From: Gekko japonicus
Taxonomy: Eukaryota
Direction: 5' to 3'
Assembly (NCBI RefSeq): GCF_001447785.1
Contig: NW_015175972.1
Span: 1,840,989 to 1,904,988, forward strand
DNA: 64,000 bases
In this document: one piece after another, positions 62,558 through 64,000 of the stretch
Position numbering within the stretch: the stretch's first letter is position 1
Layout: each line of letters opens with the position of its first letter
Position numbers and translations under genes: made by a program
The notes under the pieces: generated by a model
Seen by the model: the letters and a program-made list of their open reading frames with translations, nothing else
Databases searched by the model: none
Told to the model about the DNA's origin: nothing

Positions 62558-64000
62558 GAAAGCATTAGACTTTGATCTAGCGGAGAGCATTAAGAGAGGG
62601 CATCTTAAGGAAGAGGCTGTCTGAAGAGTGTAAATAGTGCAGAGGAATACACTGGGAAATGCAGTTTAATATGTATGAGGGTCCTAGGTAATAACCAGTA
62701 TTTTGAATTGCCCTCAGAAGCAACTGAGTAGCCGGTGCAGTTGGTGTAGTGACCTGGGTTCAAGCCACATCTCTAAAAGAGAATAATTGCATTACTTTCT
62801 GCATGTTGGTTCTTTGATTTGAACACATGGTAAAATATGGTTTGCTCCTGGGTAATACTTGGACTTCTCCTATGTGTGGTCAGTCAGTTAGAGACATATA
62901 TTGCAGAAAGTCACAGTTTGCTGCTAGGTCTGAGCTGCCTGGCATGCTCTGTTTTCTGCTTTGCATACCAACCAGGATTCCATTTTGGAATTTGGGAATT
63001 CTGTTTTGAATGTAATGGTGAACTATGGCTTGGTGCAAACCTAATTACCTTTTGCAAGAGAAGGAAAGAGGTCATGAGCATGTGGATCCCAAAGGCTCAT
63101 TCACATAGTGGTAAACCATGGTTTGATCTTATACCTGGTCCTGTCAACCTCCGTGTCCCATGTAAATTGAGAACGATAACAGCAGCCTAATTCTTATGGT
63201 TGTGAGAACAAATATTTGGAAGTATTTTGTAAGCGAAAAGGTCTTCCAATATATGCTGTTCAAATTAGATTGTTTTCCATCTTGTTTTCCTTGGTTATAC
63301 GAGGATAGATCTAGTAATCATCTGTGCCTGTGCTAAGAACAGCCATGAATTCACTTTTGCAGTTTGACTTGAATTACTGTATTCACCGTGTGCATGTATG
63401 TGCTGGTTGGTCTGGGCCTTTTCATATATGGTGGTTCTCCCAGTACGAACACACCATGGTGACTGGAAAACCCAAACAACGTGCTTCTGTTGTGCAGCCT
63501 TTTGCTGTTTGAACATAAATATGTTTGTAGCTGAAGCTGCTGGTAAATAGCAGTAACTGCCCCTGATTATTCAGTGGGGAAACTGTTGGAAAAAGTGGCT
63601 GTGCTAAAGTCATGAGTACCTATCAAATGGTGGCCCTGAAATTCTTTCCGGTGCATGCCCAAGGTGTTTGTATCTGGTACCACCACTCCTTCTCTGTAGT
63701 TTTTACCTTTTAATTCTTAAATATTTCTTCAGTGGCTTTGCAGTCTTTCAATCCCTCCTCAGCATGAATGATGCCGAAACTACTGCGGGGGGTCTTGTGG
63801 CCAGCTGTTTCCCTCTTCCCGCTCCGTCCTCTTCCTTTCTTCCCTTTCCATTCAACCTTGCCTTGTCTCGCATGGCTCTGGGGCAATCCTTTGCCCTACC
63901 TGCCCCTTCTTGTGTTTTTAGTGGCTTCGACTTGTTGGCCAGGAGCAGAGGACAGGCAAAATGCACATCTGAGACTGATGCACAGAGGTTCTGGGATAAA

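Overview
Vertebrate genomic DNA from a squamate reptile, probably a gecko (judged from the SINE/MITE repertoire), with two short N gaps at 39352-39404 and 42392-42557. Three protein-coding genes can be assembled by hand from GT-AG exons. (1) The 5' part of MCM2 on the minus strand: coding exons 1-6, 1752-11521, with an E2F/E-box CpG promoter at about 11.5-11.75 kb; the gene continues off the left edge. (2) A complete TPRA1 (GPR175) on the plus strand: CpG-island promoter at about 17.8-18.9 kb, ten coding exons 26429-45726 (1152 nt, 383 aa), and a likely polyA signal at 48668. (3) The first coding exon of CHCHD6/MIC25 (59565-59654, plus), with a ZNF143-type promoter; it is too short to appear in the ORF track. 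Introns and intergenic DNA are dense in transposons: a deleted Ty3/Gypsy element, a solo LTR with TSD, a young 5'-truncated BovB (RTE) LINE with a 13-bp TSD, Sauria SINEs, 5S- and tRNA-derived SINEs, L2/CR1 remnants, many hAT-type MITEs with 8-bp TSDs, a Helitron, and Penelope-like termini carrying minimal hammerhead-ribozyme motifs clustered between the MCM2 and TPRA1 promoters. Most notable are the hammerhead/retrozyme-like cluster upstream of MCM2 and the TPRA1-CHCHD6 tandem adjacency, which differs from the human/mouse gene order as I recall it. Family names and orthologue comparisons come from memory, not from database searches.
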